Shown here: piece by piece, positions 20,239 through 28,335 of the stretch
Layout: every line of letters begins with the position of its first letter
Numbering within the stretch: position 1 is the stretch's first letter
Position numbers and translations under genes: made by a program
The notes under the pieces: generated by a model
Seen by the model: only the letters and a program-made list of their open reading frames with translations
What the model was told of the DNA's origin: nothing
The model's database searches: none
From: an uncultured Bacteroidales bacterium
GTDB lineage: Bacteria; Bacteroidota; Bacteroidia; Bacteroidales; JAGOPY01
Direction: 5' to 3'
DNA length: 64,000 nt
Assembly: GCA_964447005.1 (NCBI GenBank)
Contig: CAYUQP010000015.1
Coordinates: forward strand, 22,484-86,483

Positions 20239-22083
20239 TCATCTTAATTCAAGGATGTACGCTGTTTCAGGTTGAAGATCAATGCTTTCTTCGAATAAAT
20301 ACTTCTCCCCTGTCATTACATCCATACCTTCTTTATAATCGTTAAGCACTTCGTTGAACCTGCTGAGGTCCAACTGCTTGTTTTCTTTATTCTTATTGAT
20401 GACTACCATCACGGCATCCATATCCAGGTAACGGAAATAGACATAGATCCCGTCCTGCGGAACAAACTGCTTCAGCTTCCCGTAATGAATAACCTCCGAG
20501 CCCTTGCGCCAGTTCAGCAACTTCCGCAGGTATTCATGCCCCTCCTCACTGACGACTGACGACTGACGACTGACGACTGACGACCCCCACTCCCCTCCCG
20601 GAAAATTCTCCCGGATATACCCGTGCCCTTTCGGCTCCTCGCCTGTCATCAGATACTCGGTGCCGTAATAAAGCATGGGAATGCCCCTCGTAGTTAAAAG
20701 CACCGCCATGGCCATCCTGTATTTCGCAAAATCCTCCCCGACACTGGTATAAAACCTGGTCAGATCGTGATTATCCGCGAAGATCACATTCATGAACGGA
20801 TCGGAATAAATAAAATCCTGTGAAAGCACGTAATAGATCCGTGCTAAGCCGCTCGTCCAGCCTTCATTCTCAACCAGCGCGTCTTTCAGCGCGTAATGCA
20901 TCGGAAAATCGGTAACCGATCTCAAGCGTGAGGTATAATCCCCGCTGACCGGCGAACCATTCTGCCAGTAGGCGGTGTGGGTTTCTTTCTGCAGCCAGGT
21001 CTCGCCGACCACGTCGAAATCCGGGTACTCCTCCATCACACGCTGCATCCAGCCAGCCATGAAATCCTTGTAGGAATAAGGATACGTGTCCATCCGGATG
21101 CCGTCAAGGCCGGCAAACTCGATCCACCAGATGCTGTTCTGGATCAGATAACTGGCAAGGACTTCATGGCTCTGGTCCAGGTCGGGCATCGGTGTGTCGA
21201 ACCAGCCGGTCTGCATTCTTTCCCGGTCAAAATCAGAAGCATACGGATCCATCACCGTTTCAGCCCGGAAATTCGACCGGGTGAACTCCGGAAACTGATG
21301 CACCCAGTCCTCCGCCGGAAGATCTTTGATCCACAAGTGATTAGCCCCGCAGTGATTGAATACCATGTCCATGATCACTTTAATGCCCTTCGAATGGCAG
21401 GCATCGACCAGGGATTTGTAATCCTCATTGGAACCAAACCGGGGATCAACGCGGTAAAAATCGGTAATGGCATAACCATGGTAAGAATAAGCGGCCATAT
21501 TGTTCTCCAGGACCGGGTTGAGCCAGATAGCGGTTACACCCAGATCTGACAGGTAGTCCAACTCCTGCACAATCCCTTTGATATCGCCCCCGTGTCTCCC
21601 GTTCGGATTGGCCGGGTCAGCCTTCTCAAGCATGTCCGCAGCCGAATCATTGGTGGTATCTCCGTTGGAAAACCGGTCGGGCATGATCAGGTAGATCACA
21701 TCCTCTTTGCCGAAACCCTGCCTGCTTTTCGATCCTTCTTCACGACCCCTCAGCTCGTATTCTTCGAAGAAGCGGACCTCGCGCATGTATTCGAAAACAA
21801 TGGGAATCTTCCCCGGAACGGCACTTGCGCTAACCTCCAGGTCCAGTACCAGGTAATTGGGGTTCTCAAGCCGTACGATGCGCTCAAGCTCTACACCGGG
21901 ATAGTTGAATTTCGGCTCGGTTTCTGATATGTTTTCCCCGTAACACATAAGCTGCAGGGAACTGTTTGTCATGCCAGCCCACCAGAAAGGAGGATCGATC
22001 CGGAGTGCAGGATTCTGCGACAGGACAATAAAAGGCAGACTTAAAAGAAAAATTGTAACCGTATATTTGATCATTCGGTGCAT
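20239..22083 (-). CDS. Neopullulanase/cyclomaltodextrinase (SusA-like GH13)
   Basis: RIDPPFWWAGM N-domain, IYLIMPDRF, DMVFNH, GIRMDTYPY, VGETW, DNHD, C-terminal beta domain; start moved to MHRMIK because a promoter element overlaps 22110. Confidence 0.9.
   Translation of the reverse strand: MHRMIKYTVTIFLLSLPFIVLSQNPALRIDPPFWWAGMTNSSLQLMCYGENISETEPKFNYPGVELERIVRLENPNYLVLDLEVSASAVPGKIPIVFEYMREVRFFEEYELRGREEGSKSRQGFGKEDVIYLIMPDRFSNGDTTNDSAADMLEKADPANPNGRHGGDIKGIVQELDYLSDLGVTAIWLNPVLENNMAAYSYHGYAITDFYRVDPRFGSNEDYKSLVDACHSKGIKVIMDMVFNHCGANHLWIKDLPAEDWVHQFPEFTRSNFRAETVMDPYASDFDRERMQTGWFDTPMPDLDQSHEVLASYLIQNSIWWIEFAGLDGIRMDTYPYSYKDFMAGWMQRVMEEYPDFDVVGETWLQKETHTAYWQNGSPVSGDYTSRLRSVTDFPMHYALKDALVENEGWTSGLARIYYVLSQDFIYSDPFMNVIFADNHDLTRFYTSVGEDFAKYRMAMAVLLTTRGIPMLYYGTEYLMTGEEPKGHGYIRENFPGGEWGSSVVSRQSSVVSEEGHEYLRKLLNWRKGSEVIHYGKLKQFVPQDGIYVYFRYLDMDAVMVVINKNKENKQLDLSRFNEVLNDYKEGMDVMTGEKYLFEESIDLQPETAYILELR
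20549..20584 (-). repeat. Perfect (TCGTCAG)5 heptamer repeat inside the neopullulanase CDS
   Basis: ctgacga x5 on the plus strand, translated as SSVVSRQSSVVS. Confidence 0.95.
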
Positions 22084-22107
22084 ATCAGAAAATCTATTAG
22101 TGAATTT

Positions 22108-22115
22108 CAAAAGTA
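22108..22115 (-). promoter_or_regulatory. -7 promoter element (TACTTTTG) for the SusA-like gene
   Basis: Exact consensus match. Confidence 0.6.
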
Positions 22116-22244
22116 AATAATTTGTTGCGGATTTCTAAAAAATCTCCTTCCCCCGTTTGGCTGTTGAACCTCACAAAATTTTTCAACACCCGGTTATTAA
22201 TAAATATTGAATCGTCAATATAAAACCGGTATTTTTTTAAAGTA

Positions 22245-22371
22245 AACTTACATCCGGAATCTGAATTGGCCAATATCATTCCAAGACCGGGTTGCTGTTA
22301 GAGTCAGATCATAATAGCCGAGAAACTTCCCGGACTGAAAAAAGCCCTGCACGTTTGTTCAGGGCTTTTTT
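22245..22371 (+). ncRNA. Candidate small structured RNA ending at an orphan terminator
   Basis: Lies between divergent genes that each have their own promoter; possible pairings TCCGG/CCGGA, TTGGC/GCCGA and ATCTGA/TCAGAT; strand uncertain. Confidence 0.35.
22338..22371. terminator. Bidirectional Rho-independent terminator with no CDS ending near it
   Basis: AAAAAAGCCCTG-loop-CAGGGCTTTTTT. Confidence 0.75.
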
Positions 22372-22417
22372 GCATGTTGTCCTGTCCTTTAGCTGACCTT
22401 CGAAACAGATAAATTGC

Positions 22418-22425
22418 TAATTTTG
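22418..22425 (+). promoter_or_regulatory. -7 promoter element (TAATTTTG) for the TreS-like gene
   Basis: Exact consensus match. Confidence 0.65.
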
Positions 22426-22493
22426 CCGCCGCCAACGAGCATGGATCAATTCTCATTACTTGTTGATTATAAATTATTTATAAAGATACCGGC

Positions 22494-24206
22494 ATGAACG
22501 GCAAATATTCACTTTTATATACTATCTGGAAGGAACTCTATCCGGATGAGGCGACCGGCCTGCTGGACGGATTTACGGCCGAACTCGACCAATTCCTTGG
22601 CGAGCTTTCCCTTCCGGACCTGGAAAAGGAATGGTACAAGGACGCCGTTGTGTATTCACTCTATGTTGATTTGTTTGCCGGGGATTTCCGGGGCCTCACC
22701 AATCGTCTCGGCTATCTGAAAGACCTTGGGGTGAATTGTCTCTGGCTCCTTCCAATCCTGGATTCGCCCATGCGCGATGCAGGCTTTGATATCAGCGATT
22801 ACCGGAAGATCAGGAAAGAACTCTCCGGGCTCGGTGCAAATGCAACCGACGAGCAGGTCGACCGGCTGTTCACCGATTTTCTCAACAAAGCCCACGAAAA
22901 TGGGCTGAAGGTGATCTTCGATATCGCTACCAATCATATCTCAGACCAGCATCCCTGGTTCCGCGAAGCGGTCAGTTCCAAAGACAACCCTTACCGGGAT
23001 TTCTTCATCTGGAGCAAAACCGGCAAGGAATATGCCGATGCAAGGATCATCTTCTACGGGATCGAGGAAAGCAACTGGAAAAAACAGGGCGACGAGTATT
23101 ATTTCCACCGTTTCTTTGACTTCCAGCCCGACCTCAACTACAGGAACCCGAAAGTGCTCGTGGAAATGTCGCGCAACCTGATGTTCTGGTTGAAACGCGG
23201 CGTCGACGGTTTCAGGGCCGATGCCATACCTTATATATGGAAGGAAGAAGGAACTGCCTGTGAAAATCACCCGAAAACCCATACGGTGGTGAAGTTCTTC
23301 AGGGCAGTGATCGACCTGGTCAGGCCCAATACGCTCCTGCTTGCCGAAGCATGCCAGAAACCGCACGAGGTCGTGAAATACTTCGGTAACGGAAATGAAT
23401 GCAACGCCGGATACCATTTCCCGCTGATGCCCATGATCTTCAAATCAGTTGCCATGGCCGGCAAAGGACCGGTAGCCACGACCCTTTCACGGCAAGTCAC
23501 CCCGGATATCCCCGCCGGGGCGCAATGGTTCACCTTCCTGCGTTGCCACGACGAACTGAGCCTCGAACTGGTTTATGTCACCGAAGAAGACCGCAAATAC
23601 ATCCATGAGCACTACTGCCGCCAGCCCCGGTGGGATTTCCGCCTCGGGCAGGGCATCTCCGCCAGGCTGTCAGAACTCATGGAAAGGGACCCGGCACGGA
23701 TCGGACTGATCTATTCGGTCATGCTCACCCTGCCCGGAACACCGGTCATCTACTACGGCGATGAATTCGGCAAGCTCAACGACGAAGCCTACTACCAGGA
23801 AATGAAAGTTGCCGTGGGAAAAGATGACACGCGTTTCCTTGTCCGCGGCAAGATCAACTGGAAGGAGGTTGAAGCTGCACTGGCCGATCCCGCCTCCTAT
23901 GAATCTGCCGTTTTCGACCGGGTGAGGTCGATGCTTAAAGCGCGGAATGAATATCCTGTATTCGGCAGGGGAACCCTGGAGTGGGTGGATCTTAAGAAAT
24001 CCGACGGCAGCCCGGCTGAAGAAGTGATGGCCTACTACAGGACTGTGAATGAATATAAAATCCTTGTGGTTCAGAATCTTTCAGGGAAAAAGATCAGCAT
24101 AAAATGGGATATTCCCTTCCGGAGAAACCTGCTGGGCAATGATGTATTAATTCATGATCATCAGCTTGAACTGGAAGGATTTAGTCTTTGTTGGTTAATG
24201 ACTTGA
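22494..24206 (+). CDS. TreS-like GH13 (maltose alpha-D-glucosyltransferase/trehalose synthase family)
   Basis: WYKDAVVY, SPMRDAGFDISDY, FFDFQPDLNY, GFRADAIPY, LLAEACQ, FLRCHDELSL, LPGTPVIYYGDE. Confidence 0.85.
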   Translation: MNGKYSLLYTIWKELYPDEATGLLDGFTAELDQFLGELSLPDLEKEWYKDAVVYSLYVDLFAGDFRGLTNRLGYLKDLGVNCLWLLPILDSPMRDAGFDISDYRKIRKELSGLGANATDEQVDRLFTDFLNKAHENGLKVIFDIATNHISDQHPWFREAVSSKDNPYRDFFIWSKTGKEYADARIIFYGIEESNWKKQGDEYYFHRFFDFQPDLNYRNPKVLVEMSRNLMFWLKRGVDGFRADAIPYIWKEEGTACENHPKTHTVVKFFRAVIDLVRPNTLLLAEACQKPHEVVKYFGNGNECNAGYHFPLMPMIFKSVAMAGKGPVATTLSRQVTPDIPAGAQWFTFLRCHDELSLELVYVTEEDRKYIHEHYCRQPRWDFRLGQGISARLSELMERDPARIGLIYSVMLTLPGTPVIYYGDEFGKLNDEAYYQEMKVAVGKDDTRFLVRGKINWKEVEAALADPASYESAVFDRVRSMLKARNEYPVFGRGTLEWVDLKKSDGSPAEEVMAYYRTVNEYKILVVQNLSGKKISIKWDIPFRRNLLGNDVLIHDHQLELEGFSLCWLMT

Positions 24207-24267
24207 AAAAATAAGAGGATTGATCAGAGGTCAATTTTATATAGCTGGTTTGTTTTGGCTCAGAACA

Positions 24268-24332
24268 CCAACGACTAAAGCCGTTGGTTCCGAGTGTGTT
24301 ACAAAATATCAACCGACGGCTTTAGTCGTCGG
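24268..24332. repeat. Inverted pair of REP-like palindromes
   Basis: ccaacgactaaagccgttgg (24268-24287) and ccgacggctttagtcgtcgg (24313-24332). Confidence 0.85.
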
Positions 24333-24439
24333 CGATGCGAAATAAAGAGGTTGCTCTGATTTTTGTGGCAGCTTCTCAAACGAAAAAATATAACTTACGG
24401 CCTTGATAAACCCTCAGTTTTCGAAAAATATATAAATAG

Positions 24440-27400
24440 ATGGATTCACAAGCTTTTGACGCGGTAATATTCGACCTCGACGGGGTGATCACCAAAACGG
24501 CGCTGGTGCACAGCGCTGCCTGGAAAAAGATGTTCGATGCCTATCTCCGGGAACGGGAATCGAAATACGGTGAACCCTTCAGGGAATTCACACAAAAAGA
24601 CGACTACCTGCCGTATGTGGATGGTAAACCCCGCTACAAAGGGGTTGAATCGTTCCTCGCCTCGCGTGGCATCAGCATTCCTTACGGCGATCCCTCGGAT
24701 GATCCGTCAGTGGAAACCATCTGCGGCATCGGGAACCGGAAAAACATCGCTTTCAATGAGGCGCTCCGGTCGGATGGCGTGGAGACTTATGAATCCACCG
24801 TTGAGCTGATCCGCCGGCTCAAAGAGGAAGGCATCCGGGTCGGGGTGGCCTCCTCGAGTAAAAACTGCAGGCAGGTGCTCGAAACAGCCGGGCTGCTCGA
24901 TTGGTTCGAAACCCGCGTCGACGGCGAGGTCAGCGCCGAACTGGGGCTGAAAGGAAAGCCCGAACCGGATATTTTCACAGTGGCTGCCGATAACCTGGGC
25001 GTCAGCTACGACAGGGCCGTGGTGGTGGAAGATGCCGTATCAGGCGTGCAGGCAGGCAAAAAAGGAAATTTCGGACTGGTCCTGGGCATAGCAAGGGAAG
25101 AAAATGAACAGGAACTTTATGCCAATGGAGCCGATATCGTTGTAAAAGACATCGGTGAAATAGGCTTTGATGGAATACTGAACTGGTTTAAACAAGGCAT
25201 CTTCCTGGATAACTGGTCGATAAAATACCATGACTATGTCGCTGAAAAGGAAAAAACCCGGGAAGCCTTGCTGACCGTGGGCAACGGCTTCTTCGGAACC
25301 CGCGGCGCCATGCCGGAAGCCGAGCCGGGAAAATTCAACTATCCGGCAACCTACATGGCTGGCGTTTATAACCGCCTGGTCTCAAAAGTCGGCGACCGGG
25401 ATATTGAAAACGAGGATTTTGTCAACGTGGTTAACTGGGTTCCGGTCACATTTAAAATCAATGACGAAGACTGGTTCGATATCAATAAGACCCACATCCT
25501 TGAGGTAAAAAGGGTGCTGACATTCAACAACGGGTTGCTGGTGCGCAGGCTCGTGGTCAGGGACGGACATGGCAGGGAAACACTGATCGTGACCCGCCGG
25601 ATTGCCAGTATGGAGAACCCCAATATGGCTGCCCAGGAATACGCCATCACCCCCTTGAATTATACTGCCAGGATCACCGTGCGCTCCGGTCTTTACGGGG
25701 ACCATATCAACGCCGGGGTCGACCGCTACAGCCAGCTCAACCAGAAGCACATCGAACCGATTTTGCTCGGCTCCGAGGAAAACCACCAGTATATCGTGGT
25801 GAAAACCACAAGGTCGAACACGGTCGTAGCGGTTACGGCCAGGGTTAAAGTCTTCGAGGACGGGGACAGGATTTATGTCCATTTCAGCAAGAACCATTCG
25901 GCCGGAAGATCCAGGATTGAATTTTCGAAAAACGTGGAGCAGGGAATGGAACTGAAGGTACAGAAGATTGTATCGCTGTATCATAACCTGGGCAGGAAAG
26001 AAGAGGATCCCCTTGAAAAGGCACTGGATATCTGTAAGAAGTATAAGACCTTCGACGAGGTCCTTGAAAAATCGTCGCGCAAATGGGAAGAGATCTGGGA
26101 CCGCATCGATATACGGCTGGTGGGAGACCGCCTGGCACAAAAGCTGCTCAGGATGCACCTTTACCACACGCTGGTCACCACCTCGCCTCATAATACCGGC
26201 ATCGACGCAGGCATTCCCGCACGGGGGCTTCACGGTGAAGCCTACAGGGGACATATCTTCTGGGATGAACTGTTCATCCTTCCGGTCTACAATATGCACT
26301 TCAGGGAAATAGCCCGGTCGGTCCTGCTTTACCGTTACAGGAGACTGGACGAAGCACGCAAATACGCCGCCGAATACGGATACCAGGGCGCGATGTTTCC
26401 CTGGCAAAGCGGCAGCAACGGCCGGGAAGAGACCCAGGTGATCCATCTCAACCCGCTGTCAGGCGAATGGGGCCCCGATCACAGTTCCCTGCAGCGGCAT
26501 GTCTCGCTGGCCATTGCTTATAACGTCTGGCAGTACTTTCATTTTACGGGGGATATGAAATTCATGGAAGATTACGGTGGAGAGCTCTTATTTGAGATCT
26601 GCCGTTTCTGGGCGAGCAAAAGTAAACTCAACAGGGCCACCGGAAGATATGAGATCATCAAGGTGATGGGACCGGATGAATTTCATGAAAAATACAAGGA
26701 CACCGAAGAAGGCGGGCTGAAAGACAATGCCTACACCAACATCATGGTGGCCTGGATGTTCAGCAAGGCTAACCAGTTACTCGAAAAGATGGAGCCTGGG
26801 AAAAAAGCAGTGCTGTGCGATAAGCTCAGGCTCACCGGCGGCGAGACCGAGCGCTGGAATGATATCGCCTCGCGGCTGAACCTGGTGATCTCTCCCGAAG
26901 GGATCATCGCACAATATGACGGGTATTTCGATCTGCATGAACTTGATTTTGAATACTACCGTGCCAGATATGGCAATATTTACCGGATGGACCGACTGCT
27001 GAAAGCGGAAGGCAAAACACCCGATGAATATAAAGTGGCAAAACAGGCCGATACGCTGATGTCCTTCTATAACCTGAGCAAGGAAGAGGTCGATGGGATC
27101 CTGGGCCGCATGGATTACCACCTGCCGGAGGATTACCTGATGCGGAACCTGCAGTATTACCTGGCCAGGACCTCCCATGGCTCCACGCTGAGCCGCGTTG
27201 TCCATTCACAGCTCGCAAACCTCACCGGTGACCACCGGCTGAGCTGGGAGCTATACCTGGACGCCCTGACCAGCGATTACGCAGATATCCAGGGAGGTAC
27301 TACCGCCGAAGGCATTCACGCCGGCGTCATGGCCGGAACGGTCTGGGTGGCCCTGGCTTCCTTCGCAGGACTGAACCTCCACGGCGATTATCCCCGCTTC

Positions 27401-27595
27401 GATCCCAACCTGCCCGTGCACTGGCGCAGGATCAGCTTCTCCTTCACCTTCAGGGAGGATGATTACGAATGCGAAGTGACCCCCTGCTGTGTCCGCCTCC
27501 GTATCGACCGCGCAACAGCCGGCACGGCAAAAATCGGGATCAGGAACAAAGAATTTGAAATAATAACGGGTGAATGGGTGGAATTCGAAATCTAG
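24440..27595 (+). CDS. Fusion of a beta-phosphoglucomutase-family HAD domain and a GH65 disaccharide phosphorylase
   Basis: HAD motifs FDLDGVIT, GKPEPD, VEDAVSG; GH65 motifs GNGFFGTRG, RGLHGEAYRGHIFWDE, GPDEFHE, KQAD, HGSTLS. Confidence 0.92.
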   Translation: MDSQAFDAVIFDLDGVITKTALVHSAAWKKMFDAYLRERESKYGEPFREFTQKDDYLPYVDGKPRYKGVESFLASRGISIPYGDPSDDPSVETICGIGNRKNIAFNEALRSDGVETYESTVELIRRLKEEGIRVGVASSSKNCRQVLETAGLLDWFETRVDGEVSAELGLKGKPEPDIFTVAADNLGVSYDRAVVVEDAVSGVQAGKKGNFGLVLGIAREENEQELYANGADIVVKDIGEIGFDGILNWFKQGIFLDNWSIKYHDYVAEKEKTREALLTVGNGFFGTRGAMPEAEPGKFNYPATYMAGVYNRLVSKVGDRDIENEDFVNVVNWVPVTFKINDEDWFDINKTHILEVKRVLTFNNGLLVRRLVVRDGHGRETLIVTRRIASMENPNMAAQEYAITPLNYTARITVRSGLYGDHINAGVDRYSQLNQKHIEPILLGSEENHQYIVVKTTRSNTVVAVTARVKVFEDGDRIYVHFSKNHSAGRSRIEFSKNVEQGMELKVQKIVSLYHNLGRKEEDPLEKALDICKKYKTFDEVLEKSSRKWEEIWDRIDIRLVGDRLAQKLLRMHLYHTLVTTSPHNTGIDAGIPARGLHGEAYRGHIFWDELFILPVYNMHFREIARSVLLYRYRRLDEARKYAAEYGYQGAMFPWQSGSNGREETQVIHLNPLSGEWGPDHSSLQRHVSLAIAYNVWQYFHFTGDMKFMEDYGGELLFEICRFWASKSKLNRATGRYEIIKVMGPDEFHEKYKDTEEGGLKDNAYTNIMVAWMFSKANQLLEKMEPGKKAVLCDKLRLTGGETERWNDIASRLNLVISPEGIIAQYDGYFDLHELDFEYYRARYGNIYRMDRLLKAEGKTPDEYKVAKQADTLMSFYNLSKEEVDGILGRMDYHLPEDYLMRNLQYYLARTSHGSTLSRVVHSQLANLTGDHRLSWELYLDALTSDYADIQGGTTAEGIHAGVMAGTVWVALASFAGLNLHGDYPRFDPNLPVHWRRISFSFTFREDDYECEVTPCCVRLRIDRATAGTAKIGIRNKEFEIITGEWVEFEI

Positions 27596-27668
27596 CCCCC
27601 TCCCCGGCCCTCCCCCATTCGGGAGGGAGAGGGAGCAATGGAACTTTGGAACTTTGGAACTTTGGAAC
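27596..27668. repeat. C/G-rich hairpin followed by (GGAACTTT)3 octamer repeat
   Basis: cccctccccggccctccccc...gggagggagaggga, then ggaacttt x3. Confidence 0.75.
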
Positions 27669-27684
27669 AAATAATTTATAAAAC

Positions 27685-28317
27685 ATGTTAGGTGACGTAC
27701 TACTTATAGAAGATAAACACCGGATTGCCGGTGAAGCGATCATCCAGAAAATACTGGAGCAGAAAAAAGATAAATTCATGATAGCCATTTCCGGGGAATC
27801 GGGATCGGGAAAATCGGAACTGGCGCATGTCATTGCAAAAGGCCTGAGAAAACACGGGATCAAGGCAAAACCGATCCACATCGATAACTATTACCGGATC
27901 CATCCGCTGGAGCGCACCGAATGGCGCAAAAAGAACGGGATAGAGAACGTGGTGGGCTACGATGAATACGACTGGAACACCATCTATACCAATATCGAAG
28001 ATTTCAGGAACAACCGGGAATCGTCCATGCCCTGCGTGGACCTGGTCACGGAGCAGGTCGACCGGCTTACGACCGACTTTAAAGGCATCGACATGCTGGT
28101 CATCGATGGCCTGTATGCAATCAAAACCGAAGGAGTTGACCTGAGGATCTTCCTGGAGCTGACCTATCATGAAACAAAGAAAGCCCAGGTGGTCAGGGGG
28201 AAAGAACCCCAGAACGAATACCGCATGGCCGTGCTCGAGCAGGAACACCGCATGGTCCAGGCGCTGAAACCCAAGGCGGATATCCTGATCTCGAAGGAAT
28301 ACGAGGTTTTATCCTGA
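27685..28317 (+). CDS. Uridine-kinase-like P-loop kinase
   Basis: Walker A GESGSGKS, HIDNYY, LVIDGLYA. Confidence 0.75.
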   Translation: MLGDVLLIEDKHRIAGEAIIQKILEQKKDKFMIAISGESGSGKSELAHVIAKGLRKHGIKAKPIHIDNYYRIHPLERTEWRKKNGIENVVGYDEYDWNTIYTNIEDFRNNRESSMPCVDLVTEQVDRLTTDFKGIDMLVIDGLYAIKTEGVDLRIFLELTYHETKKAQVVRGKEPQNEYRMAVLEQEHRMVQALKPKADILISKEYEVLS

Positions 28318-28335
28318 TAATTCACCCTGGACCGT

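Noticed and set aside
22204-22221. TTGA...TCAA palindrome as a second FNR box
   Set aside because: Spacing is 2 nt shorter than TTGAT-N4-ATCAA; kept only as a generic operator candidate
581-22260. Recurring CCGG...CCGG motifs upstream of genes (584, 9829, 22226) as a shared operator
   Set aside because: Spacings differ (about 21, 38 and 28 nt) and the cores do not align
14576-24332. Repeated 20-bp palindromes as a CRISPR array
   Set aside because: Dispersed and inverted, with no regular spacers and no cas genes
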